Positions 48,632-62,397 of a stretch of 64,000 bases of DNA are shown here, piece by piece. A program made the translations under genes and the position numbers. The stretch spans positions 118,596-182,595 of the forward strand of contig MU619281.1 in assembly GCA_025201805.1 (NCBI GenBank). The letters are read 5' to 3'. The stretch comes from Parasitella parasitica NRRL 2501 (taxonomy: Eukaryota > Fungi > Mucoromycota). Each line of letters starts with the position of its first letter. The stretch's first letter is position 1. The notes beneath the pieces were generated by a model. That model searched no databases, was not told the DNA's origin, and was given only the letters and a program-made list of their open reading frames with translations.

Positions 48632-50261
48632 ATGAGTCAAGCGCCATTGCAAGAGCAGTCTGATAGCGAAATAGACTATGATCATGAAATAAATCATGAG
48701 GAAGATGAGGAAGATTGGCAAGACGCTGAAGAAGAACATCCTGTTCAAGCATCCTTGGTCGCTGTGCCGATTACGACAACAGCAGCCCCCACAAAGGAGC
48801 CAGAACAGAACCACATTATCAATGAAACTGAGCTGAGGAAAAAAATCAAGGAAATCCAGTTGGACAAGACCTTCACTGCCAAAGACAAGGCCAGACAGAT
48901 ACAGGTAAGCCTACTGAATCAAATGCTGATTTGATAAAACAAGACTGATCTCGTTTTTGGCAGTATTTGATGTCGCATGGTACGACACATCCTCTATCTG
49001 TAGCTAGCAAAGATCAGCCAGATGCAACCGAAAGTATTTATTGCAAATCATACCACGTAAAAACAGCGCATTAATTGATATTCGCATTGTAACCGTTATT
49101 TACACACTTTGTTGTTAGAATCAAGAGCAAGAAATCCTGGGATGCAAACATTACCAAAGAAACTGCAAATTACAGGCCAATTGCTGTGAAAAGATTTACA
49201 CATGTCGGTTTTGTCATGATGAAGCCGAAGATCATACTATCGTGAGGTGCGTCTTGCGAAATTAACTCAAGCAATCATATTAAACATTCACTGCAGACAC
49301 GAAACCAAAATCATGCTCTGTATGATGTGCCTCACATTACAACCAGCTGCTCAAAATTGCAACAGCTGTGGCGAACGAGTCGCCAGCTATTATTGCGACA
49401 AATGCAAGCTTTGGGATGATGATCCCAAAAAATCCATCTATCACTGCGATGATTGTGGCATTTGTAGACAAGGAAATGGATTAGGAAAAGACTTTTTTCA
49501 TTGTGAAAAGTGTAATATATGTTTGAATATCTCAATGAAAAATCATAAATGCATTGAAAGAAATCTGGAGAGTGATTGTCCCATTTGTGGCGAATACATG
49601 TTTACCAGCACATTGACAGTAATCTTTATGGTAAGTCGATCTTTCTCCTTTTACAGCACTTCTGCTATTGACATGATTAAATGCAAAGCCCTGTGGTCAT
49701 TGCATCCACAAGCATTGCTATACCGCATATATTCAGACATCGTATCAATGCCCAACGTGTCTCAAATCATTAGGCGACATGTCAGAGTATTTCAATCGAC
49801 TTGATAAAGACTTGGAACGTCAACCCATGCCAGCAGAATATGAAAAATTCATATCGCACATTTTTTGTAATGATTGTGAAAAGAAAACACCTGCCAAATA
49901 CCATTTCTTTTACCATAAATGCGGTCATTGTGGAAGTTTTAATACTACCGTCCTTAAAACAGAAAATACAGAGGAAACTGCACAAAAGGCTGCATCTTCA
50001 ACAGTGGCAGCAGCCTTGGAGGCACCCGGCTCATCAGCTAATGCTGCCTCTGCTACTATGGAAGTATCAAACGAAACGGCTGGTTCATCTTCAAATTCAG
50101 ATCAGGATCACACTATGCAATCACAATTAGGCAATGCACCTGGCAATTCTACTACGCCTGGTTCTTTCTTGGGTATTGCTGGCTATATTAGAAATCCACC
50201 TCCATCCGCATCTAGTTCATCATCGAGAGCCAGAAATGGCACAGAATCAAACGAGGGATAA
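48632..50261 (+). CDS. RCHY1: RING finger and CHY zinc finger E3 ligase (PIRH2/RCHY1-like), multi-exon
   Basis: CHY: LGCKHYQRNCKLQANCC..CRFCHD. CTCHY: YYCDKCKLWDD..IYHCDDCGICR. RING: CPICGEYMF..PCGHCIH..CPTC. Zinc ribbon: CNDC..HKCGHCGSFNT. Confidence 0.92.
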
Positions 50262-50284
50262 TGAGAAATAAAATCTGTGATTTA

Positions 50285-52748
50285 TTAGTTGTTATTATTG
50301 TTGTTGTTTCTTTCGAATGCTTCAGCTAATGCTCTTTGTACGTCTAAATCCTCATCGCCCACAGCATTCATAATCTCCATTACCTCATCTGCTGTCATGT
50401 CTCCATTGTTGTGCCTGGTTGCCATGGTGATACTATTAGTAAATCACGAGCATGTCCCATTCGCCTTGCAAGACTTACATTTCATGTTGGATCTGTCCTA
50501 AATCATCATTATCTTCCGTACCATCATCATACACTTCTTCGTTGTCGTTTTCGTCTGCATCAAAGTCTTCTACGTCAAGTGGGAACGCACCTGGTGCTTG
50601 GTTGGCGTTTTCTCTTCGTAATCGTTCCAGTTCTCCCAAGAGTTGTCTAACCTGTTCCTGGTCGCCAGCCGGTAGTTGATTAGCGCCCAACATGTTTCTC
50701 ATCATATCCATCAATCCTCTTGCATCAGTCGGAATTCTACCAAAAGAAGTAGAACTAGAACGCATGCGCTCATTGATGTCGTACATGGTCTCTGAATCAG
50801 CTGGAGGCAGAGGATCGTACATCTGATAGCTGGAGGAGGTGATGTTGGGAGGCAAATATGACAATAATTTTTGGATATCGATCAAGACAATGTATCGGCA
50901 GACACTCAGTGGAACATTTTCTTTTTCATCGCATAATAACTTTTGTTGGATCTTTTTAGGCTGACTAACGACCATTGGTAATGTGGATGATCCTACGCCC
51001 TTAAGCCATTCCAACACCTCTGGTTCCTTCCACATTTCAAAAGTACGTTCTATATAAGATAGCTGCATAATATCCATGTATTCATTAGGAATACTGAACG
51101 CTGTGTCAGTACGACCGTATTGCGTCGTGTTGCATTGTATTGGTTTCTCAACCCGACTTACTATTGAGTCAATTGAACGATTTCATCTGCTTCAGGTTCT
51201 CCGAGTTTCTCCAAGAGTCGGCAATAAACCAAAGGGTATTTTTGGATAGCTTCCCTCATTATTTTGGTGCCTTGAATAACATCTTGGGAGTTCTTGCTTT
51301 TTTCGCCCATCTTGAACTTGGCATAGGCAGAGGAATAAGCGAAATTAGGCATGTTGTTAAGATCAGAAGGATAGAGGTTGCCGTCTGTCTTCCATTGAGA
51401 TTGCATCTTAATTACATAGTCGTAGTCTTTGGAAGAGAGTGCATGGTAATCTAATGAAAGCAAAGCGCCCAGTGGATCAGATGTAGGGTCAAGGCTGAAA
51501 AGCAGTTTGTTGAACTCGAACGCAGTCTTCCAACATCCACGGCGAGTCAAGAATTGAATGTGACGAAAAACAGCCAGGAAAAAAGAGCGATTTTCTGATC
51601 TTTTGTAGGATAACCTTGCCGAACCATTGCTTAGAGAGAATTGGGGATGAAGAGCTCTTTCGCAAGCATACAGGGCTCGTTCTGGGGTAGAAGAAATCAA
51701 TTGAGATGCGACTATTATAAATCGAGAATATGAATTACCTATGAAATCACCAGCTGCAGTCCAGTCCCCACTATCTTTTGCTATTTCTGACAACTGGAGT
51801 AAACTGTCTACATGATAAGGGTGTCTTCTCGTCAAAAACAAGAGTGCTTCAGCGTTATGAGTAGCGATAGCGTTCAAGAATTCCAATTGAACATCCTGAT
51901 ATTGCTCAGAGTGTCTGAAGGCATAGTAAGAATTACCATCCTTGGTTTCGACAACTTCCATAGACAAGCCGTTTCTTTTGTAGGGTGGCCAATCGCTCTT
52001 TGGTGTTGTGAATTTAGACTTTTTCAACACTCTTCCTTGGGAAGATCGGTTTTCACTATTCACAACGTGCGAACCAAATAGGCGCTTCATTTCAGCTTGT
52101 GCGTCTAGATTACGATAGTTGACAGATAACAACTGACGGCTTTCCTCAGTATTCAGGCTTTGTTTGTCAGTGGCTCCTTTAGGTGACCTATACAATAAGC
52201 AGCACATTTTAGTATTTTTTTCGTTTGCTTCCTTGCTCATTGTAATATATACGTTTTGCCAAGCTGTTTCAATACTTTGTCTAATTCCTTCATACTGATG
52301 TCGTCATTGCCAGTAGTACTATTCTCGTTCTTATTGCCTCTCTTCTTGGTCTTCTTTTTGCTTTTCCTAGCTTTATTATGGTTCTTGATAAATGTTAGTC
52401 TTTTTGTCACGTCAAATCTATACCCGTCCAAGCGTCAATTTTACCTTTTCAATAATAGGCTCGAGCTCTTTGATGTCTTTTTTGTCTTCATCATCTTCCT
52501 CGACCTCTTCTATACCATCATCGCTCTCGTTGAGCTATAATTGATAAATAAGTAATTGGCATATTTGAACACTACGAAATGATTTTTTTTACCAAGTCAA
52601 AAGGATTAATCTGTTTGATGAGAACGTCTTGGACATCTTCCTCATCTACTTCAGAATTTGAAGGTTCCTCGTCAGTCTCTTGATCTTTTTTGGGAACAAT
52701 GTCTTGTATCTGCTCCTTTTGAAGCCTTCTCAGTGCTCTAGATGACAT
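50285..52748 (-). CDS. TCF25: Ribosome quality control factor Rqc1/TCF25, multi-exon
   Basis: MSSRALRRLQ, NPFDL, RNLDAQAEMKRLFG, HPYHVDSLLQLS, ERALY, ENRSFFLAVFRHI..RRGCWKTAFEFNKLLFSLDP..DPLG and YDPLPP. Confidence 0.92.
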
Positions 52749-52892
52749 GATTATAAATGAGAAAAAAAAAACAATTTTTTTTTACGTCAAGCCAAACTAA
52801 AATCTTCGATCGCTGAATCTGAATAAACTATCTTGCTCGCGTCTTTATGCCTGCAAAGCGCAAACTGATTAGATACATTCTTGACTTGAACC

Positions 52893-53538
52893 ATGAAGAA
52901 AGCATTTTGTTTCTTATTAGCAATGCTAATACATATTAAAACTGTTTATGCAAATACAGAGAAACTGATTCTTCGAGTTAATTCACAAGATGCGATGCCT
53001 TGCGACCCACAATTTGAAGCATTGAACAATGCACAAGCAGCAACATCACTGAAGCCACCATTTTCACAAGTGCAAAGCAGTTTAATACCACAAAACGATT
53101 TTCAATGGTATAATTTAGATGAATTAAAGGATAGTGCCAGCTACGAAATAAGAATATCGTATCCTGCAATTGTAAATATGCTACATGCTGAATATAGTCT
53201 GTTGTTTGCGTTAACAGTTTTTTTCATTTTATTTTTTATTTTGATAACAGACACCAGCAGATTTTCGATTAAATATCATCAATAGCTGTAAAAGAGCAGA
53301 TGGTAGTTTGTCTTACACACTTCAAGTCTCTGCTAAATACACAGGCGTATCTCAAATCAAGGAAATGGCGAATCAGCCAGTGATTTACGACTTGGTCCTC
53401 GAGAATTTGTACCTTGGATTCCTTTTTTATCAAGTCTACAAGATTGCCATTGCCATTATTGTAGTTTTATTGATTGGCTACCTCTTGTGGATGCCATATA
53501 TAAGACATCTAATCACTGAAAAGCCAAAAATTGAGTAA
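52893..53538 (+). CDS. Small type-I membrane protein, Pga1-like (GPI mannosyltransferase II coactivator), 2 exons
   Basis: Signal peptide followed by ANTE (as in Pga1), YEIRISYPAI|TPADF and a C-terminal TM helix. Confidence 0.55.
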
Positions 53539-53678
53539 AAAAATGATCTGTTTACTACCATACAAATTGTTTGATTTTGAGGCTCTTTTTTAAATTATCA
53601 CAGAAGGGAGGGGACGATTTCTGTTTTACTTTCTTTTATCACTCTCTTTCTATTTTTTCCATTATTTTTGATATAAAA

Positions 53679-54777
53679 ATGGGGGGAGCACAGAGTTCTG
53701 AACAAGGACAATATGGTTTTCATGTGTTGAAGGTAATTTACACACTGTAATAAAGGAAAATGAGAAGATTTAATGCGAATTTCGCGTGTTTTATTAGGTA
53801 AAGGAGAATTCTCCCGCATTTCACGCAGGAATTGAGCAATTCTTTGATTACATTGTCAACATCAACGGCATCCCACTTGTAAGAAATTGAAATGGAGGCA
53901 TGAATATAGTACTTATACTCGATTATAGAACAACGGCGACAGCCAAACGTTGCTTAAAACATTGCAAGAATACGAAGGAAAGCCTCTACCTATGGGAGTC
54001 TATTCAAGCAAAGAACAAACATTTCGAGGTATATCAATAACATATTGAATTTTTTGCCTGATTAATCAACCAGTAAGCTAGAAATCACTTTAACTCCCAG
54101 TAGAGATTGGCATTCTGATGATCCTAATGAAAAGAGTTTAATTGGTAATAAAAGAATACACAAAGAGGCGTAAAAGAAGGCTTAAAAATGACTGATTAGG
54201 CTGCTCAATAAGGTTCTGTTCTTTCGAACGTGCTGGAGAAAATGTATGGCACGTGCTGGATGTTTCTCCCAACTCTCCTGCTGAAATGGCCGGCATCATT
54301 CCTCATTCTGATTACATTATAGGTAGCCCACATATGACCTTAAGGAATGAAGATGACTTTTACGACTTAGTTGAACAATACCTCGGAAAACCTCTTCGAC
54401 TATATTTGTACAATTCTGAATGGGATAGCTGCAGAGAATGTATAATTGTGCCTAACCATGAGTGGGGAGGTAATGGCTCGTTAGGCTGCGATGTTGGATA
54501 TGGTCTATTGCATAGAATTCCTCGAAGAAAGAGTGAAAGAGAACAAATTACGGATCGAGAGCGTTCAGACTCAGTGACTTATAGCGATACAATCTTCAAT
54601 GCACCAGAGTTACCTGTCTCAGACGAAGAAGAACAAATCTTGAAAGAAGCAAAACAAGTTTCGCTTCCACTTTCTCCTACAACTGATCAATCATCATCGT
54701 CAACGTCATTGCCACCACCACAGTCATCATCTCCTACAGCATCAGTAGCTACATCAGCAGCAACAACAACTCCATAA
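53679..54777 (+). CDS. GRH1: GRASP55/65 Golgi reassembly stacking protein, multi-exon
   Basis: [18 protein letters not shown]|[20 protein letters not shown]|[30 protein letters not shown] and [20 protein letters not shown]. Confidence 0.93.
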
Positions 54778-55202
54778 GCACATGCAATTCCCTGATACTT
54801 ATAAAAACTCATTTCTTTCTGCAATCATCAAGTTAAAATATGCCCATGTCAATGAATTTGACGGCAAAATGACTTCAACAATGCTAAAAACACACGTTAT
54901 TCTGCGTTTATATTAACGATAAGATATTGAATTTTGGGCACATTTTTCTCGATGAGTTAAAAGGAAAAACACCATCAAAACGGGCAGTTGAATTTTAGGC
55001 TAAGAATAAAAGTTACTTTTTTATGCAAAATCGTTTGATTTCGACTTGTGTGCATTCGTTTGAAAGGAAAATTGACTTCAGGTTTTTGCTCTTTACCTCC
55101 TTAGAAAATGAATAAAACAATGTTTAAATGGTACCATTTGATAAGCCAATTATTTTCCAGATTGAAGCTTTATACAGTGTATTCATTGTACACGCATATG
55201 AG

Positions 55203-55483
55203 GAGGTCACCCCACCCACTCTGGTCATTTTTGCACCTTAGCTACGCTACAGTAAAAACCGACCTTCGTTTACGCGGGATCCATCGTGCTCTGCAAGGCT
55301 GTCAGTCTCTAAAATGACAAGTGTATTTGTTGTGTCCATAGAATTCCACTGTCCCTGATCGAACCCTAGATTAAATATCACAAAAAAAAATAGAAGTGAT
55401 CATGTTGTATCCATAGAATATCCACGGTTACCGTAATATTTCAATTCTTGTCATAGCGACCCGTTTCTGATCGGATCTAAGGC
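55203..55483 (+). repeat. Dispersed non-coding repeat, copy B
   Basis: Homologous to 19708-19920, with an internal partial duplication of the tgttgt.tccatagaat unit. Confidence 0.8.
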
Positions 55484-56539
55484 TAAATGTCGCCGTATTT
55501 TCTATTACACAGAAAACATGTAACATCGACTACAAAACAATGTATTCATATATTGTTTTAATATACTAAATTTAGGGTAACGTAAAACATACTCGGGTTG
55601 ATCGGTTCATAGGGCAATCGTAGTGAATTCTTCTTCTATGACCCTCTCTTTTACAAGATGAACATCTAACAACTACTTGATCTAAGGGTTATTTATTAAT
55701 GTGTATTGATTGACAAATTAAAAAATTTACTATCGTAGTCTAATCCATTATCTCCCATGAGGTAGTTTCTAATATAAATCTCTTTCAAGATAACAGTAAT
55801 GCGTTGTACTTTCTGCCTCGCCCTGAATGTTTGCTATTGTCTTGAGCAAATGAGACCATGATTTCTGCTTTTTAAGCACTAAAACTGCAAACTAACTTGC
55901 TAACCTGTAACTTAATAACTCCCTAATCATTTTACAAAAGTGTAATAAGTTCGATTTTAAGGCATCTGTGCACTATTTTTCGTATAAATTCATATCGTTA
56001 GGATTTTGATACCCGCTTTATGTTTTTTTTTTATTCAATGCCATGCTCGTTTTCTACGCTATTTTTAGGGATAGCTAGCAAAACAAAAAAAAATTAGATA
56101 GCAAAGCTACATGATTAGGATTGATATTGTCTTGCATTTGAAGGTTTATGTAGTCTTTTAGTATATCTAGAAAAATCTTTCAAATATCTAAAAATTTAGT
56201 TGCCTGGTCAATCAGGCTGTTGTGCAATAACCTTTTGCCATAGCGTCAAGTTATCTCACGCTTGTTAGAATGAATCAGGGATAAATATGGCCCAGCACGC
56301 ATTGCTATGACCTGTCACATGCGAAGTACTCCTTATTAATTCGTTGCACCATTTGCTGACCGTCTGCTGAACTTGGAAATAACTGTAATTGACCTAGGAG
56401 GCTATTTTGGAAGGGCAGAAATTAAAAGAGGTAAAACTAATTGAACCGGCCGGGTCGTTTCATTTCTCTTTTTCCTCTTCTTTTTTCTTATTTTACAGTT
56501 TTCATCTCAATTTCTTAATATTTAAATATACAGATAACA

Positions 56540-57811
56540 ATGAATATAAATGGCATTGAATATGAAGATGATGACAGCCAACAAGCATACACAAGAGAAT
56601 TTTGGATTGGAATCTGTGTATCAGTAGTTACCAATTTAGTTCAATCTTTTGCTATGGCCTTTCAAAGAAAATCGCATATATCAAATGATGCAGTTTTTCC
56701 AGTCGAAGCTCGGAAACATGCACTCAAGAGGCCAATGTGGGTGATTAGTTTTGCAACCTTCTTCACAGCCAATATCATTGGATCTATATTTTCCATTGGA
56801 TATCTTCCTATCGTTATCTTGGCCCCAATTGGAGCCATGGGGCTCGTTTTTAATGCAATCGCTGCGAAAATCGTCTTGGGTGACCCATTTAAGAGAAATA
56901 CAGTCATTGGCAAGTCATTGATTATACCGGATTTAGAGACGTAATACCAACCTGTTTATAAATAGGCACTTTGTTAATTGTAGTTGGTGCATTGCTCGTT
57001 GGTTTGTTTGGTGTTATTCCTGAACCAGACCATGATATCGATGACTTAATACGATTATACAAAAAGCCAGCTTTCATCGCCTATTTTAGCGTACTAGAAT
57101 TTGTGATCATCACAGGTTTACTAACAACGCATTATTTTGAACGAATGTACCATTTAATGGAATCAGCTGCTATACCTCCTACCAACATGGGTAAATTTAT
57201 CGGTAAATGGATAAGCATGGAAGACTTGAAAAAGTACTGTGGCATCAGTTATGGTGTCCTATCTGGCAATATCAGTAGTCAGAGCATCTTGTTCGCCAAG
57301 AGTGGATTGGAATTGGTAATTTTGTCCGTTGTATTTGATAAGAATCAGTTGCAGTATGCTCTTACATGGATATTGCTAGTTATGATGGTACTGACAGCCA
57401 TATTACAGGTATATCCGTACTCAAAAAAGATAATGAAACACACTCTTAGTAACACATGACATATTGTGCTTTTCGTAGTTGTATTACTTGAATAAGGGAC
57501 TGCAGCTGTGTGACACTGTCATCATGATTCCTCTTTCGTCTTGCACCTTTAATGTATCCTGTCTTTTTAATGGACTGGTCTATTATGACCAATGGAATCG
57601 GATTGTCTGGTGGCATTTACTCCTCGTTATGTTTGGTGTAGTAGTTACTATTTGTGGTGTCTTGCTTATTTCTTGGAGAGCAACTGCTAAATTAGTCGAA
57701 GAAGAGATCTACATTGTTAACAATACTATGGAAGATTCAGATGATACTTTATCTGAGCACACAAGCTTGCTTGGTCCTAACATTAAGAAGCATGTTTCTT
57801 ATAATACTTAG
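56540..57811 (+). CDS. NIPA-family (DUF803) magnesium transporter-like protein, 3 exons
   Basis: QRKSH, LKRPMW, LPIVILAPIGAMGLVFNA, GT.LIVVG, LFAKSGLEL, LQ|LYYLNKGLQLCDT and GLVYYDQ. Multi-TM. Confidence 0.88.
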
Positions 57812-58600
57812 ATTGTGAATATTTTTTATTATTTTTACAGTTAGAACAATTTTTTTTTATAGCCCACCTTTGTATACTCTGCTCTAATTAATTGCTTATC
57901 ATCATCATTTTACTACTATCAACAATTTTTTTCTGTTCTTAATTTATTCATTAATACACCTTTCCAATATTCACATAAACAGTACAATTTCTTAAGCACA
58001 TATATAACATACAAGCATTACTTATTTATAGAACTGCATTACAAAAATTCATCCATGATAAGGCCCTTGCAAAAAAATTAGTAAAATTTGATGGAAGATG
58101 AAAGAAATTCAATGGGAATCGTCATATTGTGGTGCTTATATACCTTTCAAAAATGGTTGTTGAGGTTATTTTATGCTTAAAAGAAGCTGTTCGCCGTTTC
58201 TTACTATCCAAATTCATGATAAAGCTAAACGTGCCTCAAGGATTAATTCGAAGTTCAAGTCCTTCTTAAAATTGGATTGAGTTAACTAAAATAGAGTGAG
58301 AATGAGCAAGAATCAGACTACATAAATAGGATCACGGAGCATTATAACAATCCTTTGAATGCAAACCAACAAACAATTGTCGTCCTACTATTCTCGTGAT
58401 AACACCAGCAAGATAAATTATATATCAGTTAAAAGATGATCTTCATTAATTCGACACATTAATTTGCTATTTATATCAGAGATCTCTGTTAAGTATTGGA
58501 AAAAATAACTGAGATTAGCATGAATGTCTACATAATGAACGACAGACTGCTTGAATTATAAAATGTCTACATGCACCATTTAAATGGTAGATGCAAAAAG

Positions 58601-58672
58601 TTCCCTGACGGGGAATTGAACCCCGGCCGCGTCGGTGAGAGCGACGAATCCTAGCCACTAGACCATCAAGGA
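58601..58672 (-). tRNA. tRNA-Glu (anticodon CTC), intronless
   Basis: TCCTTGATGGTCTAGTGGCTAGGATTCGTCGCT-CTC-ACCGACGCGGCCGGGGTTCAATTCCCCGTCAGGGAA. It forms a cloverleaf with A/B boxes and has a T5 terminator just downstream. Confidence 0.96.
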
Positions 58673-61600
58673 CGTCTTAAAATGTTACAGATGTAAATTT
58701 TTTTTGCTGCTAATTTACTATTATCACGTGATCAGAGTCTGAGCCAATGGAAGCTACGTTTCCTGAATCTGATGTTGAATGCTGGGAAGGTCTCACTTTA
58801 GATTATATACGAACTTATGCTTCATATTCGAAATAAATCGAACTTTCTTACGTTTAAATTCTGTCGTATAAACTTACTTGTTATTCTATCGCCGAGATAC
58901 CATAACATCTTAGATATTCGACATAATATACAAGATGATATAAGAGACTTTGATTATTAGGATAATTTTAAAATATTATTTGTTGACTTATTTTATATTT
59001 CTACTACTTGTAAACTAACTTTAGAAGTTGCCATGGTTTTGTATTCGTTCATCTTGCTTTCCAGGAATTGCTATAATCGATTATTTATATATGTATTTCT
59101 AAGCGTAACTCTTTGGCAGATTCATTTTTATAACTTATTTGACATAACACTAATTATTGTTCTGGGAGACAAATAACCCGCGAGGTGTGAATACCACATA
59201 ATATGCTTGCATTAACCAAAATAAGAGTAAAAAGTGTCTAAAAAAATTATACTCAGATGTGTACGGTAGTAGCATTTGTGAAGTTTGAAATCGACCTATT
59301 TCATTTTACGTCTAAAAATTCTACAATTTCTAGAATTCATCTATTTATATAATCTTATGAACATCTTTAAGAGTATTCTATTACTTGACTTCTGCATTTC
59401 TTGGAGATTAAAGTCTTATTTTTCTCATTTGTCTAGATCAAACATTGGTAATTTTTGCCCATTCGTGTGATGAAGTACAATTATCTAGTAGTAAGGGTAA
59501 AATGATGTACTATGTTAATGGACGGTTGGTGCATCTAATTGTTGACATTGCTTTCAGGATTATTACTTACTATATAATATATGTTGATAGCAATGCGGCG
59601 ATGTTTATATGAACTATAAACTTATATGTAAACAACGATCGGTATTGACAGATAAGTTTTGCAGTGATAAGGATGATTTATAGATAATAGATTTGCTAGT
59701 ACATGAGAAATGTTTATTGTAATAAACTATAGTAGCTATTACAGATATTTTCACTAGCGTTCCAATATCTGGTAAAAGTTGAACCTATTTATAATAATTG
59801 GATGTTTCATGCGAAATCAGACATCATGTAATGTGAATCATTACAAATCGATTGCTATTTTGTAGCTCTATGTTTTTTCTTGCAACGATTATATCTTAAA
59901 GCTATTTTTTCGCTTTGAAACTTATGAAAATAAATCAAGAAGCCTCTGCTAATAACATGTGAAGAATACTTTTTTCTTTACATTTTCATCTGAAGCTTGG
60001 TGGGTACTCACATATACTAGGAGAAAATCAAAATATAAACTAACATTATGTACGAACGTCATCATACACGACTGTAACCAAGATTTATATCCAGAGCATG
60101 CGGTGTAAATCCCTGATTTACCTACGCACATTGGCTTTAGCCCCTTGGTCTGGCTACAAGCTCTATGGCATGTTATTGATATGACAATAATATCATACAT
60201 AATATAGTCAAATGCCGCTCGTACTCCTATCAACTTGCTAAATAGTCTTGAGATATATAAACAGTCAAAAAGGTAACTAATTTAGCAATTAAGTCTTCAT
60301 ATATGCGTCTCCCTGCGGAAATCAGGTAAACATCAGTTAGCCTTAATTACGTTGGTAGTATCAGAGAGGTATAAGACATGGTTTGGACTGTTCTTTATTC
60401 AAAGGTATAACCGATTATATATATATATTTTGTTCGAGACTTGGTGTTTTCTGTAACAAAATGGGCGAAGTATGTATCATCAGATAAAAATGATGACATG
60501 CATGTTTTGTTTTGGAAAAGTGATGATTTATCAGAAATAAATTTTTGTCAGTTAAAAAAAAAAAGTAAAATTAATCAAGTAGAGTATATTGTCAGCTAAA
60601 AAGGTCCATAGTTTATTCTAAATGTACTATATGGTAAGATAATGGGTAAATACGACAACATGCCATTATTGTGGATTCACACCAGATTCACGTTGATGCT
60701 TCAATCTAATGTGGAACGGATTGACATTTGACCTCCGCGGTTTGAAAATGATACATCAGGCAGTGATGTCTTTAGCAGTAATTATGGACCACCATATCTT
60801 CTTTATATCGTAGTAGCGAAGTGAAGATACAATAAATATATCACATCACATCATTAGAATAATAAGTATTGGCTAAAGAGATCGTCATCTTCAAGCATGG
60901 CGTGATGATGAAATTGAACATCTGTGAGGCGTTACAGGCTTGCGATAATACTTGCTGAGCGCTACAAAGTGGTGCAGACCAGCTTGTTTCATTTAAAATT
61001 AGATCTATAAATCTATAGAGAGCCTTGATATAAACTTAAATTCCTATGTCGAAATAGATGTTTTGTGTCCAACAATAGCTAACTTAATCAAAGAGCGGAT
61101 ATCATTGAAATAGGTTCATGTAAGGGTAAAAAAGAGGAACTTTAAACGTAGTCATTACTTGCTGAAGGAGACAGTACATATACGAAGAATATACTTCACA
61201 GAGTTATAAGGATAATTGGTAAGTAACGCATGCTAATATGATATGATTTCTTAGTGCGAGGTGTAAAATGCAATGCGTGTAATGCATTATTTTTTTTTAT
61301 GCACTTGCGTTTTCAATGACCTTCTTTTCAATCTTTGCTTAAATATCAGTAAACCTTTTGTGCATAATAATAACAACATTTTACATGCTGTTATGTTAAT
61401 ATATATATATATATATATGTATTTTTGTAATTGATATGTATAATAAAAGGGAAAAGGGGCAATATTATTGAATAAAGATTGAGGAAATGAGGGATTAAAA
61501 AGTGTAAAAGATAAAAGGAGAGGGGTATCAAGTTGGTGCGTATATTTTTATCGCAACAACATAAAGTAAGCGATGGAAATGAGAAAAAACAAAAGTATGC

Positions 61601-61701
61601 ACCCAAATGTGTTTACCGTATATAAAGAGGGTCTTTTTTTTTTTCAGGAGTTCATATACAGTACAGATCATATAAACATTGTGATCTGAGTGTATGGTGC
61701 T

Positions 61702-62397
61702 TTAAAGCCATGGTCTCCAACTTTTATACTTCTTTGGTTGTTTTTCTTGTTCGATATGTTGCTGCTTTCTTTTCCTTTGCAATTCGTTTTCGTCCCATTG
61801 CTGAACATAGGCAGCGGCAGTTGCCAATATATCAATGGGAGTAACATCTGGATGAAAAATAAGCTCGTGTGGCAGTGAAGGCGAAGATGTCAATGAGGAA
61901 GAAGATGAAGACGAGGAATTACTGACAAGGTTATTTGAAGACCAATAGTTGAATTTTACTTTCTTATTATTAGCACAGTCCATGATTTGTTCTTCTTGTT
62001 CTTGTAGGCGGATACGATTAACCTTAGCACGACGATTTTGAAACCATACCTGATTGTATTTAAGAGTTTATTTTTCGTTTGTTACACAATTCTTGTTTTT
62101 CAAAGTACCTGAACTTCACGATTCGTCATATTCAATTTTTTTGCCAGCATTTCTCGTGAGTCATGGCTAGGTGTGTCTGTTTGCTGGAAGAGTTCAGTTA
62201 ATAAACAAAACTGTTCTGGAGTGATCCTCTTTCTTTTTGGTTTATCAATGTCTAACAAAGAGAATAAGAACGGGATGCATTAGACACATACAAACAATAA
62301 AATTACCTTCTTGGTTTGATTTCTTTTGGCGTTTCATTTTCTGTTGTAGCACTGATTCTTCGCCTATGGCATTATTTGATAACTTGAAGGTTGTCAT
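61702..62397 (-). CDS. Homeodomain transcription factor, 3 exons
   Basis: KPKRKRITPEQFCLLTELFQQTDTPSHDSREMLAKKLNMTNREVQ|VWFQNRRAK (Q50 class). Conserved intron before VWFQN. Confidence 0.9.

Noticed and set aside
58700-61400. Long AT-rich stretch with short ORFs (for example 59949-60233)
   Set aside because: No recognisable domain, repeat or RNA structure. Possibly old TE debris but unsupported.
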